The translations under genes and the position numbers were made by a program. Below are positions 28,359 to 37,120 of a DNA stretch of 64,000 nt, piece after piece. This stretch comes from Vicinamibacteria bacterium (GTDB taxonomy: Bacteria; Acidobacteriota; Vicinamibacteria; Marinacidobacterales; Marinacidobacteraceae): the NCBI GenBank assembly GCA_964291235.2, contig OZ219816.1, positions 64,001-128,000 of the forward strand. Reading direction: 5' to 3'. Numbering within the stretch: position 1 is the stretch's first letter; each line of letters starts with the position of its first letter. The notes beneath the pieces are model-generated. The model worked only from the letters and a program-made list of their open reading frames with translations, had not been told where the DNA came from and made no database searches.

Positions 28359-30212
28359 CTATACGGCCCCGATCTCCATTTCGGTGACGTAATCCACGAT
28401 GGTCTGGGCGTCCATGGGATGCCCGCTGAAGTGACGCAGGCTTCGGAGCACTCCGTGCGGAATCCGGTCACCGAACTCGGCGCGGAGAAGCTGGAGCATC
28501 TGCCCGTCCCGGTTCTGATCCAGGACCACCACCCGCTTCCGCGAGGTGATGAAGTCGAGTACGGCGGGGGACAGGGGCAGCGCCCGCAGGCGCAGGTAGT
28601 CCATTTCGATGGCGGCCTGGTCTCGAAGCTTGGTGCGGGCCTCCTCGATCGCCGGATCCGAAGACCCGAAGCCGATGATTCCGAGCGGGCTCGGAGCGTC
28701 CGATTGGTCGACTACCGGCGGCGGAACCATTTCGCGCGCCGTTTCGAACTTCCGATCGAGCCGGCTCATGATGCGGACGTACGCCTCTTCGCTCTCCGTG
28801 TACTCCGCGCTCTCGTCGTGGCCGCTGCCTCGCGTGAAATACGCCGCCCCGGGATGATCCGTTCCCGGCAGCGTCCGATACGGGATCGCGTCGCCGTCCA
28901 CGTCCGCGTAGCGTTGGAAGGTGCCCAGGCGCTCCAGATCCTCGCGGGTGAGCACCTTGCCGCGGTCCATCGGACGGTCGGGGTAGTCGAACGGATCGGT
29001 GGCCCAGATGTTCATGCCGAGATCGAGATCGGAAAGCACAAATATCGGCGTCTGGAGACGCTCCGCGAAATCGAAGGCCTTCCAGCCGAACTCGAAGCAC
29101 TCGTGGGTCGAGGCCGGCAGGAGGCACACGTGTTTGGTGTCGCCGTGGGAAAGCGTGTACGTGGACAGGATGTCGCCCTGGGCCGTCCGGGTCGGCAAAC
29201 CGGTCGAAGGGCCGACCCTCTGGATGTTCCAGATGACCAGGGGAATCTCGGCGTAGTAGCCGAGCCCGACAAACTCGGACATCAGGGAAATACCTGGCCC
29301 GGAAGTGGCCGTCATCGACCGCGCGCCGGCCCAGCCGGCGGCCAGCGCCATCCCGACGGCAGCAAGTTCGTCCTCCGCCTGGACTACCGCGAACGTCGCT
29401 TTTCCGTCGGGATCCTTCCGGTGCCGCGTGAGAAACCCGGTGAGCTGTTCGACGACGCTGGAAGAGGGCGTGATGGGGTACCAGGTTGCCACGCTGGCTC
29501 CTCCGAACATCGCGCCCATGGCCGCGGCGGCGTTCCCGTCGATGAGGATCTTGCCGCGGTTCTTGTCCATCCGCTCGAGGGTGAACGGGTCTCGCTTGAC
29601 CAGATTTTCGCGCGCGTAGCGGATTCCGATCTCCACCGCTCGCCGGTTCAGTTCCACGGCCGCCTTCTTGCTGCGGAACTGGCTGTCGATGGAGCCGAAA
29701 ATTTCCTCGACCTCGATCGAGAGAAGTTCCCCCAGCAATCCGACATAGATCATGTTGGCAAGGAGTTTCCGCAGCCGAACCTCTCGGGTTACCTCGGCGG
29801 CCAGCTCCTGAAACGGCGCCGGGTAGAAGACGAGATCGTCGCGGCGGCGGTCCAGTCGGAGGCTCTCCTCATAGACGACGGCACTCCCGGGATTCAGGGA
29901 TTCCACATCGCGAATGGCGGTCTGGGCATTGAGTGCGACCAGGTAGTCCACGCTGCGCTTCCGCGCGACCCAGCCGTCCCGGTTGGCGCGGATGGTGAAC
30001 CAGGTCGGCAGTCCCGCGATGTTGGACGGGAAGAGGTTCTTGCCGCCAACCGGAATCCCCATGCGGAACAGCGCCCGCAACAGGACGAGGTTGGAGGATT
30101 GACTTCCGGAGCCGTTGACGGTGGCGACCTGGATGGACAGGTCGTTGACGATGCGCTCGGGCTCGACCTCGCTGGGAGCGACTTCCTCAGCGAGCGCCGT
30201 TTTGTTGGACAT
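28359..30212 (-). CDS. korA: 2-oxoacid:ferredoxin oxidoreductase alpha subunit (gamma-alpha fusion)
   Basis: YPITPSS, QAEDELAA, TATSGPGISLM, QRVGPSTGLPT. Confidence 0.93.
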   Translation of the reverse strand: MSNKTALAEEVAPSEVEPERIVNDLSIQVATVNGSGSQSSNLVLLRALFRMGIPVGGKNLFPSNIAGLPTWFTIRANRDGWVARKRSVDYLVALNAQTAIRDVESLNPGSAVVYEESLRLDRRRDDLVFYPAPFQELAAEVTREVRLRKLLANMIYVGLLGELLSIEVEEIFGSIDSQFRSKKAAVELNRRAVEIGIRYARENLVKRDPFTLERMDKNRGKILIDGNAAAAMGAMFGGASVATWYPITPSSSVVEQLTGFLTRHRKDPDGKATFAVVQAEDELAAVGMALAAGWAGARSMTATSGPGISLMSEFVGLGYYAEIPLVIWNIQRVGPSTGLPTRTAQGDILSTYTLSHGDTKHVCLLPASTHECFEFGWKAFDFAERLQTPIFVLSDLDLGMNIWATDPFDYPDRPMDRGKVLTREDLERLGTFQRYADVDGDAIPYRTLPGTDHPGAAYFTRGSGHDESAEYTESEEAYVRIMSRLDRKFETAREMVPPPVVDQSDAPSPLGIIGFGSSDPAIEEARTKLRDQAAIEMDYLRLRALPLSPAVLDFITSRKRVVVLDQNRDGQMLQLLRAEFGDRIPHGVLRSLRHFSGHPMDAQTIVDYVTEMEIGAV

Positions 30213-30521
30213 CAGGCCATTCTTCAGAAGGCGATTCTGCGGGAAAAGAGCCGCCTCACAGTTCGGGCAGGGGGACGGTCAGACTTTGCTGTGGGAAATC
30301 CACGGGAGGTTGCCGGAATCCAGCAACCAGAGGGGCTCTGGTACTGGAGCGTTGCCGCGCCCAGAGGAGCCCCGGACGTGCGGCAGTGTACCCCAATCTG
30401 CCCGGCGTTTCGGGCCGCAACCCATCCAGGCTGCCGGGGGGCACTAGACTTCCCTCTCCCGCGCAACGCCGGACTGTCGTTTTCACGGCGCGGTTCGCGA
30501 CCATCGGGCGGGCACAGGCAG

Positions 30522-31346
30522 ATGCGACCCACTTGGCAGGGTAACCTGAAGTTGGCCCTCGTTCTGGTTCCGGTGCGGGCCTACCCGGCCGCGCGGGAAA
30601 AAAAGGTCTCGATGAACCAGTTGCACAAGGAGTGCAAGGCCCGGGTCCGTTTGCAGCGCCGCTGCACCGCGTGTGAGCAGGATCTCGAACGGGACGAAAT
30701 CGTTCGTGGCTATGCGCTGGCCAAGGAGCAGTACGTGCTGATCCAGGACGAGGATCTCGCCACGCTGCAGCTCCCCTCCCTGAGAACCCTGGACATCGTG
30801 CAGTTCGTCGAGGAATCCGAGATCAATCCGCTCTACTACCACGGCTCCTATTACCTGGCGCCGGCCGGCGAAGTCGCAGCCGGGCCGTTCCACACCATCC
30901 TGAAGGCCATGCAGACCTCAAAGCGGGTAGCAATCGCCCAGGTCGTGCTAAGCGGCAAGGAAAAGGTGGTCGCGATCCGCCCCTCGGAAGATGTCTTCCT
31001 GATGTCTTTCCTGCACTATGAGGACGAGGTCCGGCAGGTCTCGGACATTGACGACCTGCCGGAGGCGCGCCAACCCAACGCGGCCGAGACCGCGATGGCG
31101 CGGCAATTGCTCGACTCCTACGCCCGTCCCTTCGATCTTTCCGCCTTCGAGGACAGCTACCGGAAGGGTTTCCTGGAGATCGTGGAGGCCAAGAGCCGCG
31201 GCGAGGAGCTGGTCACCGCTCCGAGTACCGAGCCTCGCAAGGTCATCAACCTGATGGATGCCCTGAAATCGAGTCTCGCGCGGATCGAGGCCGAAGGATC
31301 GGGCAGCGATGATCCCGCGTCCGGCGAGGAGCGGCGGGTAAGCTGA
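30522..31346 (+). CDS. ku: Non-homologous end-joining protein Ku
   Basis: MRPTWQGNLKLALVLVPV, NQLH..C..RV, EIVRGY, YYLAP, D.YR, VINLMDALKSSL. This is the last 274 codons of the 27219 track ORF. Confidence 0.95.
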   Translation: MRPTWQGNLKLALVLVPVRAYPAAREKKVSMNQLHKECKARVRLQRRCTACEQDLERDEIVRGYALAKEQYVLIQDEDLATLQLPSLRTLDIVQFVEESEINPLYYHGSYYLAPAGEVAAGPFHTILKAMQTSKRVAIAQVVLSGKEKVVAIRPSEDVFLMSFLHYEDEVRQVSDIDDLPEARQPNAAETAMARQLLDSYARPFDLSAFEDSYRKGFLEIVEAKSRGEELVTAPSTEPRKVINLMDALKSSLARIEAEGSGSDDPASGEERRVS

Positions 31347-32379
31347 CCGATCCGGATCCCGAGGGCTGCGGCCCGGATTCGCCCAGGTCCCGGGAAGGGC
31401 AGTCCGGGCTCCCGTCAGACTGGCTGGCCCGCGGGGTAAAGCCCATGCTGGCCGGTACCGGCCGCCCGTTCGACTCGACGGAATACCTGTTCGACGCCAA
31501 GTGGGATGGTCTGCGCTCGATCGCTTTTTTCGGCCCGGTGGTCCGGTTCCAGGCGCGCAGCCTGCGCGATCAGACCCGGCATTTCCGGAGCTTGCGAAGG
31601 CTCTCGGCGAACTTCCCGGCGCCGGGGTGCTCGACGGCGAAATCGTGGTCATGGACGGCGATCGCGCCAGCTTTCCGCTGGTCATGGACCGCAACCGGAT
31701 GGGGTCCGAAGCCGCCATCCAGCGCGCCGTGCAAAACACTCCGGCATGGTTCGTGGCCTTTGACCTGCTTCACCTGGACGGTGTGCGGCTCACCGCAGCT
31801 CCGCTCGCGGAACGGCGGCGAGCTCTCGGGTTCCTGCTTCCGGATTCGGGGGGGCACATCTTCGCCAATTCGTTCGTTTGCGGGCAGGGGCTCCGCTTCT
31901 TCGCCGCGATGCGCGAGCGGAAGATGGAGGGGATGGTTGCCAAGCGGCTCCAGAGCCCCTACCGAATCGGCGAGCGGAGCGACGACTGGCTGAAGATCAA
32001 GATCCGACCCCGGCTGAGCTGCGTGGTCTTCGGGACCCTGCACCGGAATCGGGGAGGCCCGGTGCGTTCGCTGGTGGTCGGAGCCTACGGGCCGGAGGGA
32101 CCCGTATGGCTCGGAAACGTGGGCAGCGGGCTCGACGCCGCGACCCGGGCGGAACTGGCGGAGCACCTCGCGAGCCTCGAATGCCCGGCCCCACCCGGCT
32201 TCGATGCAACCGGCGACGGGTACATCCGCTACGTGCGCCCGCTGCTGGTGGCGTCAATCGAGTACCTGGAGCTGACTCCGGGAGGGCACCTCCGCCATCC
32301 CGCGTTCGTGGGATTCGAGGATCGGAACCCGCTTTCCTGCCGGGCTCCGCTCAGATCACGTCCAGCAGATCGCGGATGA
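31343..32379 (+). pseudogene. ligD: ATP-dependent DNA ligase (LigD ligase-domain/LigC-like) interrupted by a -1 frameshift at about 31583-31586
   Basis: Frame A: KPMLA...LFDAKWDGLR...RDQTRHF. Frame B continues FPELA...LDGEIVV...AFDLL...EGMVAK...WLKIK...GNVGSG...LRHPAF. Confidence 0.85.
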
Positions 32380-32941
32380 TGCGGGCCGTCAGGCCCCAGA
32401 TGTCGTAGCTCTGGTAGCGGTAGCGAAAGACGACCCGCGAAACACGGGATGCACCGCTCCGAACCTCTACCCCCCGCTGAATCTCGGTGGTCTCGGCGCC
32501 GGGCTGCAAGAGCGCGGTGAGCGGGGCCTCGAAGATCACATCCACTTCGGGGCCGGCTCGCAGCCCGGCTGCGGCCGGGATCACCGCCACGAAGGGGATC
32601 AATCGAAACCCCTGCACGGTGAGGCGATCGTCAAGCCTGCCCAGGACCCGCACCCCCGCGGGGTCGAGCCCGATTTCCTCCCGCGCTTCCCGCAGGGCGG
32701 CCGCCAGCTCGGACGCGTCTTCCGGATCGATCATTCCTCCAGGAAACGCGATGTCTCCCGGTTGACGACGGAGACCCGCGGCGCGCCGGGTCAGGACCAG
32801 GCCGTAGCCGCCGTGCAGCGGGACCAGCGGCACGAGCACCGCGGCGCCGCGCCGGGCGCCGGGGAGACGCCTCGGAGAACGGAGCGCCAGCCGGGAGGCA
32901 ATCCGGTCGGGAAGCGTTTCGACTTCGATTCGGGGCGGCAA
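32351..32941 (-). CDS. Nudix hydrolase, CoA pyrophosphatase-like
   Basis: AAVLVPL, LTRRA, GDIAFPGG...AALREAREEIGL, IWGLTARI. Start uncertain. Confidence 0.9.
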   Translation of the reverse strand: MPPRIEVETLPDRIASRLALRSPRRLPGARRGAAVLVPLVPLHGGYGLVLTRRAAGLRRQPGDIAFPGGMIDPEDASELAAALREAREEIGLDPAGVRVLGRLDDRLTVQGFRLIPFVAVIPAAAGLRAGPEVDVIFEAPLTALLQPGAETTEIQRGVEVRSGASRVSRVVFRYRYQSYDIWGLTARIIRDLLDVI

Positions 32942-33028
32942 CTCTTGGCGTCGCAGTGTCAGGGGAGTGTCCCGGCGATGTGGTGAAATTACCGGGACAG
33001 GCTCCTCGGAGGTCAATATACTCGCGGC

Positions 33029-33511
33029 GTGTCCCGGCGATTTCTGACAAGAACGGTTTTCGTCCTCGGGTTTTGGCTCGTTGGGAACACCGCACTCGCT
33101 CAACCCATGGTCCAGGTCGGCTCGGGCGGAGAGTCAGGGGGCGCGAGAGAGGGATGGATTCTGGGGGTCGGCTACAACCTCGATTTTCCGGTGCTCCCTC
33201 TTGAGGTCGGCGGCCTGCTCCAGGGCGGCACGGGCATCGAGACCGAGGACGCCGGTCGTGAGTATCCGGTGCGAGCCTTCGTCACCGGGAGAATGGGGAT
33301 GCTCCCGCTTCCCGGTTTCAGCGTCTACGTGGGAGCAGGAGGGGGAGTCGCCACCAGGCTGGGCGGTGATTCCGGCGCCGGCACCGTGGCCGCCGGTATG
33401 GGTTTCGCGGGATTCGAGGTGGGGAGACTCCATCTGGAAATTCAGCTACAAAGGGAGTTCCACGAAGAACCCGTCAACCGGTGGGTAACGGCCATCGGCG
33501 TTACGTTCTGA
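33029..33511 (+). CDS. Small secreted/outer-membrane beta-barrel protein (hypothetical)
   Basis: Signal peptide ending ALA-Q; alternating beta strands; C-terminal AIGVTF. Confidence 0.6.
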   Translation: MSRRFLTRTVFVLGFWLVGNTALAQPMVQVGSGGESGGAREGWILGVGYNLDFPVLPLEVGGLLQGGTGIETEDAGREYPVRAFVTGRMGMLPLPGFSVYVGAGGGVATRLGGDSGAGTVAAGMGFAGFEVGRLHLEIQLQREFHEEPVNRWVTAIGVTF

Positions 33512-34533
33512 CCGAATCCGCCACGTTTTCCGCGCCGACGCGGATTGATCTGGCGGGCGGGACCCTCGACATCTGGCCGGTCGGCCTCCTGGTGCCGAGA
33601 GCCTCGACCGTGAACGCCGCCATCAACCTCAGAGCCCGGGCGACGGTCCGTCCCGCCGGGAGGTTCCGGGTGGTGAACCGCCAGCGCGGCGTCGATCTGT
33701 CCGCCGATTCTCCGGAACCGTTCTTTCGTCACCCCTTTGCGGCCCTTGCCGGCCGGCTGATCGATTTCTTCCAGCCGTCGCGCCCCCTCGAAGTGTGCTT
33801 CGATACATCGGCCCCACCCGGCTCCGGCCTCGGCGGGTCCTCTTCCCTCGGCATGGCGATCGCCGGCGCCCTCAACCATCAGTGCGACTCCGGCTGGACG
33901 GTCCCGGACCTCGTCCGCATCGTGATGGACACCGAGGTCCGAATCCTCAGGACCGCAACGGGATCTCAGGATCAGTTCGCCGCCGGCTTCGGGGGGACGC
34001 GGGTGCATCACTGGGAAAGCCCCGAGCCGAGATCGGAGTCCCTGCCCTGGATCGATGACGGGATCGATCCGCTCGACAACCGCTTTGTCCTGGTCTTCAC
34101 CGGCGAAGCGCATTCTTCCGCCGATCCCAACGGAAGCGTGTTGGAGCGCATCTTTGCCGGCGAACCCGCCGCCGTCCGCGGCATCGAAGTGATCGCCGAA
34201 GCGGCCGCCGGGATGCGGGCCGCGCTCCTCGAGCGGGACTGGAACGGGGTCGCCGAGATGCTCGCGCTCGAGTGGGGAGCCCGGCGAACCCTGTCGGAGA
34301 TGGTGTCCACCCCGACCATCGAGCGTTTGAGTGATGCGATGCGGCAGGCGGGCGCGCGGGCGGTCAAGGCCTGCGGCGCCGGCGGCGGTGGCACGATGAT
34401 CGCCATCGCTCCACCCGAGAAACGATCCGCCGTCGTGGACGCGGCGCGACGCGCCGGCGGAGAGGTTCTGGCGACAGCGAGCGATCCGGTGGGGCTTCGG
34501 CAGGAGCCGTCGTGCCCGCGGGAGCCGTCGTGA
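33508..34533 (+). CDS. GHMP-family sugar kinase (HddA-like)
   Basis: APTRIDLAGG, PPGSGLGGSS, GSQDQ, KACGAGGGG. Confidence 0.88.
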   Translation: MTESATFSAPTRIDLAGGTLDIWPVGLLVPRASTVNAAINLRARATVRPAGRFRVVNRQRGVDLSADSPEPFFRHPFAALAGRLIDFFQPSRPLEVCFDTSAPPGSGLGGSSSLGMAIAGALNHQCDSGWTVPDLVRIVMDTEVRILRTATGSQDQFAAGFGGTRVHHWESPEPRSESLPWIDDGIDPLDNRFVLVFTGEAHSSADPNGSVLERIFAGEPAAVRGIEVIAEAAAGMRAALLERDWNGVAEMLALEWGARRTLSEMVSTPTIERLSDAMRQAGARAVKACGAGGGGTMIAIAPPEKRSAVVDAARRAGGEVLATASDPVGLRQEPSCPREPS

Positions 34534-34844
34534 CGGACCCCGCGGAACACGCCGTTTGCAGCCTCGCCAAGCTCAAGGCGGAATCTGCGATCGCCGTCGA
34601 TATCGGCGACGTGCGAATCGCGGTCTTCTGGTACGAGAACCGGGTCTATGCCCTGAACGAGACCTGTCCCCACCGTGGCGGTCCGCTGCACCTCGGCCGC
34701 CTGAGGCACGGCATCGTCATCTGCCCGTGGCACCTGTGGCAGTTCGATCTGGTCACGGGGTGTTCGCCCGTGAACCCGAACTCCCGGGTTCCGGTCTATC
34801 CGGTTCGGCTCGAAAACGGGATGGTGCTGGTGCAGCTTCCCTAG
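34530..34844 (+). CDS. Rieske [2Fe-2S] ferredoxin
   Basis: CPHRGGPL...CPWHLWQFDL. Confidence 0.93.
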   Translation: MTDPAEHAVCSLAKLKAESAIAVDIGDVRIAVFWYENRVYALNETCPHRGGPLHLGRLRHGIVICPWHLWQFDLVTGCSPVNPNSRVPVYPVRLENGMVLVQLP

Positions 34845-34908
34845 CAGCCGGTGGCAAAACCCCCGCGGCCACTCTCGGCGCTTACGGGGGTTCACCACAG
34901 GCTGCTAG
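34841..34908. mobile_element. Short internally deleted copy of the MITE-like element, with CTAG on both sides
   Basis: CTAG-CAGCCGGTGGCAAAACCCCCGCGGCCACTCTCGGCGCTTACGGGGGTTCACCACAGGCTG-CTAG; matches both ends of 2489-2694. Confidence 0.78.
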
Positions 34909-35744
34909 CGTCCCGCTGCCGCGCGCAGTTCCTCGTAGCGCTCGGGCGGCAACTCCGAACCGAAGCGCCTCCCGTGCTTCGACTCGTGGAAGTCCGAACC
35001 GCCACTGACCAGGAGGCCGAGCGAGTCGGCCACGCCGAGATACCGCTCGCGCTCCTCTCGATCCTGTTCGACGTGGTATGCCTCGATCGCCCGGACTCCG
35101 GTCTCACGGAGCATGGGCACGAGTCCGGATTGGTCCCGGAGGTACTTGGGGTGCGCCACCGACGTGATTCCACCGGCGGCATGGACCAGCTTCGCGGCCT
35201 CGTCAACGCCGACCTTCCACCCGTACCGCACGTGGCCAATCTGCCCGTCCCCGAGGTACTTGTCGAAGGCTTCCGCCCGGTCCCGGACTGTCCCCTTCTT
35301 CACTAGCGCGTCCGCGACGTGGGGTCGGCCGAGCGAGCGACCGGTGGACATCGCGGCAACTTCCTCGTAGAGCAGCGGCACCCCCGCGGCGGTGAGTTTC
35401 CTGCACGTCTCGGCGATCCGTTCCCGCCGACTCCCGGAGACTTCATCAAAGAACTCCGTCAGGGCCGGATCCTCGGAATCCACGAACAGACCCAGCAGGT
35501 GCACGGATTCGCGTCCCCACTGGCAACTCACCTCAACGCCAGCCACCAACTCGATTCCACAGTCCGCCGCGGCAAGCCGGGCCGCCGGGATACCCGTCAT
35601 GGTGTCGTGGTCGGTCAAAGCCAGCACGGCCACCCCATCCCCTGCCGCGGCTTCGACAGCGGCCCGGGGCGAGAGGACGCCATCGGATTCCGTGGAATGG
35701 GAGTGCAGATCGATGATCGGTGGACAGGTGGTAGTGCTGGTCAT
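34905..35744 (-). CDS. PHP-domain phosphoesterase (YciV/TrpH-like)
   Basis: DLHSHSTESDG, LTDHDT, GVEVS, GRPHVA, AHP, GGSDFH. Confidence 0.92.
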   Translation of the reverse strand: MTSTTTCPPIIDLHSHSTESDGVLSPRAAVEAAAGDGVAVLALTDHDTMTGIPAARLAAADCGIELVAGVEVSCQWGRESVHLLGLFVDSEDPALTEFFDEVSGSRRERIAETCRKLTAAGVPLLYEEVAAMSTGRSLGRPHVADALVKKGTVRDRAEAFDKYLGDGQIGHVRYGWKVGVDEAAKLVHAAGGITSVAHPKYLRDQSGLVPMLRETGVRAIEAYHVEQDREERERYLGVADSLGLLVSGGSDFHESKHGRRFGSELPPERYEELRAAAGR

Positions 35745-35850
35745 TTGGAAGGGCAGGAGTCTAATCGCGGGCGCGACCGCCGCGGGCCGCTAGAATCTCC
35801 TGGATTGATCCGCTGGATCCGGGCCTGGAAACAAAAAAGGAGCGAACCGC

Positions 35851-36174
35851 ATGCTCAGCTTGACCGATGTCGCCGCTACCAAGGTCGGCGAGTTTCTCGT
35901 GCAGCACGACCGTCCGAACGCGCTCTTGCGAGTCCGCGTCGTTGGCGGAGGGTGTTCCGGCTTCCAGTACCAACTGGCTCTCGACGACGAGTCCCGGGAC
36001 GGGGACCAGATCATCGAGAAGAACGGGGTCCGACTGCTGATCGACGAACGCAGTCTTCCCTATCTCGAGGGGACCGAAATCGACTACGTCGAGGACCTCA
36101 TGGGAGCCGGATTCCGTTTCAACAATCCGAACGCGGTCTCGAGTTGCGGCTGCGGAGAGTCCTTCCAAGTCTGA
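35851..36174 (+). CDS. iscA: A-type Fe-S carrier (IscA/ErpA/HesB)
   Basis: GGGCSGFQY, IDY, NPNAVSSCGCGESF; AAGGAG RBS. Confidence 0.95.
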   Translation: MLSLTDVAATKVGEFLVQHDRPNALLRVRVVGGGCSGFQYQLALDDESRDGDQIIEKNGVRLLIDERSLPYLEGTEIDYVEDLMGAGFRFNNPNAVSSCGCGESFQV

Positions 36175-36240
36175 TCGAGGTCTAATCGAGGTCTGATCGA
36201 GGTCGGATCCGGATCCGATCCACGTCTGATCAAGGCCTGA
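36169..36240. repeat. Tandem array of about 6.5 degenerate 11-bp units (GTCTGATCGAG)
   Basis: GTCTGATCGAG / GTCTAATCGAG / GTCTGATCGAG / GTCGGATCCGG / ATCCGATCCAC / GTCTGATCAAG / GCCTGA. Confidence 0.8.
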
Positions 36241-36347
36241 ACGACGCCCCGGCACCCAATCCGACGGTCGGCAGGCAATCCGGCGTGAGTGCGCCGTCCG
36301 GGCAGTAAGGGCGAAACCGTGTCCCTCCGCCTCCTGGACTCCCGGTC

Positions 36348-37112
36348 GTGATCGGCGCCACGGTCGCCGTCCTGGCCGCCCGCCTCGCCGCGGGGAGCCT
36401 GCTGGCGGCAGGCATCATCCACGGCGTTCACCGGGTTCCCGACGGCTATCTCCGGCTGGTGGCGCGCGGAGCCGCGGTGGCAATGGCCCTGGGCCTCTTC
36501 GCCGGCCGCAGCCGCCCGGAAGCGCCCTTCTGGGCCCTCCTGCTGGCCGGGGCCATCCTGCTCGCCCTCGCCGTTCCCAGGCTCGGCAACCGTCCGCGGG
36601 CGCTGGCCCCGTGCATGATCGCGGTCGGAACCTTCGGAGCCCTTCTCCCGCCCCTCGGCGCCGCGGGACTCCCTGGCCTGGCGGTCGCCTCCAACCTGTC
36701 GGCGGCGGCCCTCCTCGGGGGCGTGACCGCCACCATGCTGCTCGGACATTGGTACCTGGTGGAGACCTCGCTCTCGATTCGCCCGTTGTCGGTTGGGTCC
36801 AGCCTCTTCAGTGGGGCGACCGCACTTCGCATCGGGGTTGCAACGGGAGCGCTCCTGCTGGGAGGCGCCGCCGAACTCAGGATCGCCGGTTTCTCCGATC
36901 TCATCTACTCGAACACGGCTCTCTTTTTCGGGTTTCGGTCCCTGACCGGGCTGCTCTTTCCGGCCTTCCTGACGCTCATGGTTCGGAATACGGTGCGGAT
37001 CCGGTCCACGCAATCGGCAACCGGACTACTCTACGTAGCGCTTATCCTGGTCCTGTTCGGTGAACTCACCGCGGCTTTCCTCGAGGTGGTGACCGGCGGG
37101 CGCCTGGTGTAG
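36348..37112 (+). CDS. Polytopic membrane protein of unknown function
   Basis: About 7-8 hydrophobic segments; conserved-looking MLLGHWYL and STQSATGLLY motifs. Confidence 0.75.
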   Translation: MIGATVAVLAARLAAGSLLAAGIIHGVHRVPDGYLRLVARGAAVAMALGLFAGRSRPEAPFWALLLAGAILLALAVPRLGNRPRALAPCMIAVGTFGALLPPLGAAGLPGLAVASNLSAAALLGGVTATMLLGHWYLVETSLSIRPLSVGSSLFSGATALRIGVATGALLLGGAAELRIAGFSDLIYSNTALFFGFRSLTGLLFPAFLTLMVRNTVRIRSTQSATGLLYVALILVLFGELTAAFLEVVTGGRLV

Positions 37113-37120
37113 CGGAGCAC

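Noticed and set aside
30213-30521. Hairpins in the korA-ku divergent spacer as an ncRNA
   Set aside because: The stems (GGTTGCCGGA/TCCAGCAACC, GGGGCTCTGG/CCAGAGGAGCCCC) match no family I recognise and are plausible by chance at this GC content.
27219-31346. 1375-aa plus-strand ORF
   Set aside because: The first about 1100 codons are the antisense shadow of korAB and the intergenic region. Only 30522-31346 (Ku) is a recognisable protein.
36169-36240. Possible CRISPR array
   Set aside because: Contiguous 11-bp units with no spacers, and no cas genes in the window.
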